A stretch of 64,000 bases of DNA, from positions 274,276 to 338,275 of the forward strand of contig CAZAYU010000001.1 of the NCBI GenBank assembly GCA_964489445.1, written 5' to 3'. Each line of letters begins with the position of its first letter. Positions within the stretch are counted from its first letter, which is position 1. A program made the position numbers and the translations under genes. This document shows, in pieces, positions 59,891 through 64,000 of the stretch. The notes below the pieces were generated by a model. That model ran no database searches. It had not been told where the DNA came from and saw nothing but the letters and a program-made list of their open reading frames with translations. Origin of the DNA: an uncultured Planctomycetia bacterium. Its GTDB lineage: Bacteria > Omnitrophota > Gorgyraeia > Duberdicusellales > 4484-171.

Positions 59891-61042
59891 TTAGAAATAC
59901 TCTCTATAAATATTAATAAAACGCTGAATAAAAAACCCGTGTTGTTTATAATCATTCTCCAAAAACCTTGAAACTCCATAACGTAAGCACCCCATAGAAG
60001 ACGAAACAGCAAAAGGCTTAACAGAAATATTACCTGGAAACCCAACATATTCTTTTAAAAATCCAAAAAATCCTTCTTTTGAATTCAAACGACCAATAAA
60101 AGAAACAGAAAAATCATTATTACAAATATTATCTTCTATTTCTTTCGCAAAGTAAACTATCTCTCTTTTTACATACTCCTTGACTACAGAATTTACCACC
60201 TGAATACTTAGATTAATACACCCCGTATCCTCCTTTTTGATGGTAATTTCCTTGTTGTAGGGAATTTCTTTAAAAGAAACGTACCGATTAAACACCTCTT
60301 CGGACAACGAGTATTTTAAGAGAAACCGTCTCCCAATTTCTTCAATTATTTTCTTTATGCCGAAATCAAACTCTTTACCAAAGATAAACTTTCCTTTATC
60401 TACAACAGTAGAATAGCTCTTGCTAAACCCTACGCTTATCATGACTTGCTTGCCGGCCCTCTTCCTAAAAGATGTAGCAAACATGCTTATCCCCGCAGCA
60501 ACAAATCCACCAAAACTTCTATCTAGTGTATAAAAAAGATCTTCCACCTCTTTGTACAACTTATCCTTAACCCACAAAAGATGTGAAGTTAATTTAATTT
60601 TTTTTGCCCATATACCCAAAGGTGGTTTTTCATGCGCTACCGTGTCTATTTCATAATTCATTACAATGTTATGCAAACAAAAATCATCCCAATCTAAAAA
60701 CTTATCTTCAAGATATTTTTTAGCAAACAAAATATCTTTGGGTGTAACAATTTTTCTTCGTTTCAAAATAACAATCTCTTCGACTAATCTTTGTTTGCTT
60801 AAATTCCAAGGTAACTCTACAAACACTTTCAGAATACGACAGGAACAACTTATCTCCACCTCTCTTATCTTTTGGTCGATAACTGCTAAATTATCCTGTA
60901 AGTGGTCAGCAATGCTACTATTGTTTTTGTATGGTAAAGACACTTCCACTATTTTAAAAAAATCCGGATTGGATCTTTTAAGATTAGCAAACGAAAGAAA
61001 TGTTTTATCCTCATCCAAAGCAATAGCGCAAATTCTATTCAT
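59891..61042 (-). CDS. ftsA: Divergent FtsA-like protein
   Basis: Directly after ftsQ; 1C-like segment (LH.....Y.ID....PPLG); C-terminal amphipathic helix FIQRFINIYREYF; nucleotide-binding motifs eroded. Confidence 0.7.
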   Translation of the reverse strand: MNRICAIALDEDKTFLSFANLKRSNPDFFKIVEVSLPYKNNSSIADHLQDNLAVIDQKIREVEISCSCRILKVFVELPWNLSKQRLVEEIVILKRRKIVTPKDILFAKKYLEDKFLDWDDFCLHNIVMNYEIDTVAHEKPPLGIWAKKIKLTSHLLWVKDKLYKEVEDLFYTLDRSFGGFVAAGISMFATSFRKRAGKQVMISVGFSKSYSTVVDKGKFIFGKEFDFGIKKIIEEIGRRFLLKYSLSEEVFNRYVSFKEIPYNKEITIKKEDTGCINLSIQVVNSVVKEYVKREIVYFAKEIEDNICNNDFSVSFIGRLNSKEGFFGFLKEYVGFPGNISVKPFAVSSSMGCLRYGVSRFLENDYKQHGFFIQRFINIYREYF

Positions 61043-61839
61043 CGCCAAAAACCTACGTATACTTTTTTATGGCTTAGATCTATGTACTTTACCAAAGATA
61101 TTTTATCTTTAAGCTCGATTTCAATAACTTCCTTTAATAATTCTATTTTCTCTTTAAAATTAACCTTGGAAATAATAACTTTCATATCTTTATCGGAAAA
61201 ATTATCCTGGTTATCCAGCGTTTTATACGCCATGAAAAAAGTAATAACATCTGGTTTAAGCAGGTTTATCAAACGTATACTACATTGATTACAAAATCCA
61301 TTCTCTTTTAAGTCTTCAATTAAATAGAAGGCAAGCTTAAGATTACTATCTTTTGCATCGCTACCCTTTGTAAAAAAATGTTTATATTTATTAACTTCAA
61401 TAGAAATAAGCCCAGGCAACGGGATATCACTACCATCACTCAAAACAACTCCATCCTTATCTATCGGATAAAATTTTTTCTCCTTTATCTGGGCAAACGG
61501 AATACGTTGCTTAGCAGTTATCCTAATCCTAGAAGGAAACTCTTTTAAGACAACTACCTGTCTATACACAGGATATGTTTGTTTAAAATAAGAAATAATT
61601 GCTTTCATGTCCAAGGTAAATAACGATTCTCCTTCTATCCTCTCCCGAAAATCTTTCGTCAACTCAATATCCGAAATAACCCCCCCCTTAGACACCCGAA
61701 AAATACTTGAAGTATACACTAAATATCCTAGTCCAACAAAAACACAAACAACACAAATAAATAGCAACATGTATATAGCTACTTTGAAGTTAAATTTAAA
61801 CCTATTTTTTTTAAACTTTTTGTACTTTTTTCTTTTCAT
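61039..61839 (-). CDS. ftsQ: Cell division protein FtsQ/DivIB
   Basis: Basic N-terminus, TM, POTRA (K.FP..I.I....R.P), IDKDGVVL, C-terminal YIDL. Confidence 0.82.
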   Translation of the reverse strand: MKRKKYKKFKKNRFKFNFKVAIYMLLFICVVCVFVGLGYLVYTSSIFRVSKGGVISDIELTKDFRERIEGESLFTLDMKAIISYFKQTYPVYRQVVVLKEFPSRIRITAKQRIPFAQIKEKKFYPIDKDGVVLSDGSDIPLPGLISIEVNKYKHFFTKGSDAKDSNLKLAFYLIEDLKENGFCNQCSIRLINLLKPDVITFFMAYKTLDNQDNFSDKDMKVIISKVNFKEKIELLKEVIEIELKDKISLVKYIDLSHKKVYVGFWR

Positions 61840-62749
61840 ATAAAGCTACTTCTAGCATTTTTAAAACTAAATCATCAAAAGTTAAACCACAAACTCGAGC
61901 CGAGAGAGGTAAAAGACTATGCATCGTCAATCCAGGTATCGAGTTGACTTCCAAGACACAAGGAATATTATCATCACCCAATCGTATATCTACACGAGAG
62001 GAATGCCGACACCCCAACGCTTTATGAGCCCATAAAGCTACTTCTTGTACATGCTTGTAGACAACAGGACTTAGCCCTGCCGGGGCAATAAATTTAGTTT
62101 GAGGATTCTCATACTTTGAGGTAAAATCAAAATAATCTCCTTCAGCTATAATTTCTACAACACCTAATGATTTTTCTTGTAAAATACCCACAGTTAATTC
62201 TCTTCCCTTAATATAGTCCTCAACAATTATTTTATTCTGAAAAGAAAAAGCACTTTTCAATGCTCTCTGCATTTCTACCTTAGAATGCACAATGGAAACC
62301 CCTAAGCTAGAACCAGAAAAGTAAGGTTTAACAACAACCGGATATTGGAAATTTCTTTCAAAACTTTCAGCATTAACGCAAATGCTAAAAGCGGGAGTGC
62401 TAATGCCAGCTTTAAGAAAAACATTCTTAGCCAATATTTTATCCATCGCTAATAAACTTGCCTCAGGTCCTGAACCTGTATAGCAGACCCCCAAGCGTTC
62501 GAAAATACTTTGAATGCCTCCATCCTCTCCAAACTCTCCATGCAAAGCAATAAACGCAATATCAATCTTATATTTTTCTACCAGCTCTTTAACTTTATCT
62601 TCTCTTGATGTAGAAATATCAATTAATACTACCTGTTTTCCTTGGCTCAATAAAGACCGATAGACTTCTTTTGCGGAAATAAGCGAAATACTCCTTTCCT
62701 TAGATACGCCGCCTCCAAAAATGCCTATTTTTATATTGTCTAAATTCAT
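61811..62749 (-). CDS. ddl: D-alanine-D-alanine ligase
   Basis: GG.S.ER.IS, LHGEFGEDG, GSSLG, EVNSIPG. Confidence 0.95.
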   Translation of the reverse strand: MNLDNIKIGIFGGGVSKERSISLISAKEVYRSLLSQGKQVVLIDISTSREDKVKELVEKYKIDIAFIALHGEFGEDGGIQSIFERLGVCYTGSGPEASLLAMDKILAKNVFLKAGISTPAFSICVNAESFERNFQYPVVVKPYFSGSSLGVSIVHSKVEMQRALKSAFSFQNKIIVEDYIKGRELTVGILQEKSLGVVEIIAEGDYFDFTSKYENPQTKFIAPAGLSPVVYKHVQEVALWAHKALGCRHSSRVDIRLGDDNIPCVLEVNSIPGLTMHSLLPLSARVCGLTFDDLVLKMLEVALYEKKKVQKV

Positions 62750-62815
62750 ATTTACGTCAGTTTATATTAGCTAAGACATACTAAGCATAAAATATTTTTT
62801 TACCATTTAACAATA

Positions 62816-63655
62816 TTATACCCATCTTTTTACTTCTTCTTTCAAAAAAACAGAATATTTAGAGTACACTCTATCTTTTATTCTTCTAATCAAATACTCA
62901 ACATCACTATAGCAAGCACTACCTTTGTTAACAATAAAATTAGCGTGTTTGACAGAAACTTGAGCCCCCCCTTTTTCTGCTCCCTTTAGACCACAAGAAT
63001 CAATAAGAAGACCTGCCTTATCTCCTTGGGGATTTTTAAAAATAGAACCACAAGAGGGTAAATAACACTCTTGGGAAACAAATCTCTTTTTTAAAATCTT
63101 CCTAACCTTCTCTTTAATATTAGTGCTATTTTTTAGCCCTAATCTGACACTAAGAACGATATAATTTTCCAAGGAAGAAAATCGATAGCTAAATTGTATT
63201 TGCTTTTTTTTTAAGTGCTCAATTTCTCCGTTTTTATTTACCACTTCTACACTTTGGATAAGATCAGAAACATTTGTGCCAAATGCAGAAGCATTCATAG
63301 CTACCAACCCGCCAATTTGAGCAGGAACACCGGATAAATTTTCTAAGCCAGATAAATTATTCCTAATGCAATATTTTACCAGAAAAGATAGAGAAGTTGA
63401 AGCCCCTACATCTAAATACTCCCCTTTTTGAACTAAATAGTTGAATCTCCTTCCTAACGTTATTACAGGCCTTTCAATCAAGCAATCTTTCACTAGAATA
63501 TTAGAACCATTCCCTAAAATATAGAATGAAAACCCAATCTTTCTAACAATAAGGCATGCTTCTTTGCGACTATTTACAACAAGCAGCCTTTTTGCTTTTC
63601 CGCCTATTCTTATGGAAGTAAGATCTTTTAAACCAACGTTTCTTTTAACTGACAT
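62816..63655 (-). CDS. murB: UDP-N-acetylmuramate dehydrogenase
   Basis: IGG, GNGSNIL, MNASA, GSIFKNP, KHANFIVN. Confidence 0.94.
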   Translation of the reverse strand: MSVKRNVGLKDLTSIRIGGKAKRLLVVNSRKEACLIVRKIGFSFYILGNGSNILVKDCLIERPVITLGRRFNYLVQKGEYLDVGASTSLSFLVKYCIRNNLSGLENLSGVPAQIGGLVAMNASAFGTNVSDLIQSVEVVNKNGEIEHLKKKQIQFSYRFSSLENYIVLSVRLGLKNSTNIKEKVRKILKKRFVSQECYLPSCGSIFKNPQGDKAGLLIDSCGLKGAEKGGAQVSVKHANFIVNKGSACYSDVEYLIRRIKDRVYSKYSVFLKEEVKRWV

Positions 63656-64000
63656 TATTTTTAAATAGTTGGACAACTTTGTCCATCAACAAATTGATAT
63701 CTCCTGCCCCTAATATTAGCACAATATCCCCTTTACGAAAACAAAAAGGAACTATTTTGCATAACTGACGACAAGCAACATATTGAAACTTACCGCCTTT
63801 TTTTACAGCTGTATTACAAAATTCACTCATCTTTATTCCAAATTTGTTTTCTTCGCTAGCGCTGTAGACCTCAGTTATAAAAACTCTATCCGCATCACTG
63901 AAGCAACCTAAAAATTCTTTATACAATAAGCTCATACGAGAAAAACGATGCGGCTGGAAAACAACCAAAAGCCTACGTGGTGCAAGTAAGCGTGCCGCTT
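63645..64000 (-). CDS. murC: UDP-N-acetylmuramate-L-alanine ligase, C-terminal part (truncated by window)
   Basis: VVFQPHRFSR, YSASE, LGAGDI; upstream of murB. Confidence 0.9.
   Translation of the reverse strand, partial: AARLLAPRRLLVVFQPHRFSRMSLLYKEFLGCFSDADRVFITEVYSASEENKFGIKMSEFCNTAVKKGGKFQYVACRQLCKIVPFCFRKGDIVLILGAGDINLLMDKVVQLFKNNVS

Noticed and set aside
701-61843. Many short plus-strand ORFs in the track (e.g. 21530-22045, 24616-24978, 45907-46311, 60666-61112)
   Set aside because: Antisense shadows of well-supported minus-strand genes with no recognisable motifs
1-64000. CRISPR or other regularly spaced repeat array
   Set aside because: Intergenic regions are short (about 330 nt at most) and none shows repeat-spacer periodicity on manual reading

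Overview
AT-rich bacterial chromosomal window, probably PVC superphylum and most likely Ca. Omnitrophota (inferred from the Zn-ribbon SpoVG, LptC-LptA fusion, LpxC-FabZ fusion, TYYP-motif secreted protein and bS22-like protein). Nearly all genes are on the minus strand. In transcription order (right to left): end of a dcw cluster (murC-murB-ddl-ftsQ and a degenerate ftsA with no ftsZ after it); a helical protein/HD-GYP pair sharing an N-terminal domain; glycolipid/LPS glycosyl- and acyltransferases; a frameshifted TMTC-like gene; hisG, an unannotated 29-aa bS22-like gene, transketolase, ispE, spoVG and tRNA-Gln with a duplicated 3' end; a ~12.6 kb accessory block with a Fur-autoregulated Fe-S/NifX/DUF5320 operon; glmU-prs-rplY-pth-rpsF-ssb-rpsR-rplI-dnaB; bamA-skp-lpxD-lpxC/fabZ-lpxA-lpxI; a plus-strand GT2 + SPL-like radical SAM pair; a Kdo/Lpt operon interrupted by a secreted TYYP-motif gene; and tig (no PPIase domain)-clpP-aminotransferase-serA. 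No CRISPR array, integrase or transposase was seen. All calls come from motif recognition; no database searches were run.
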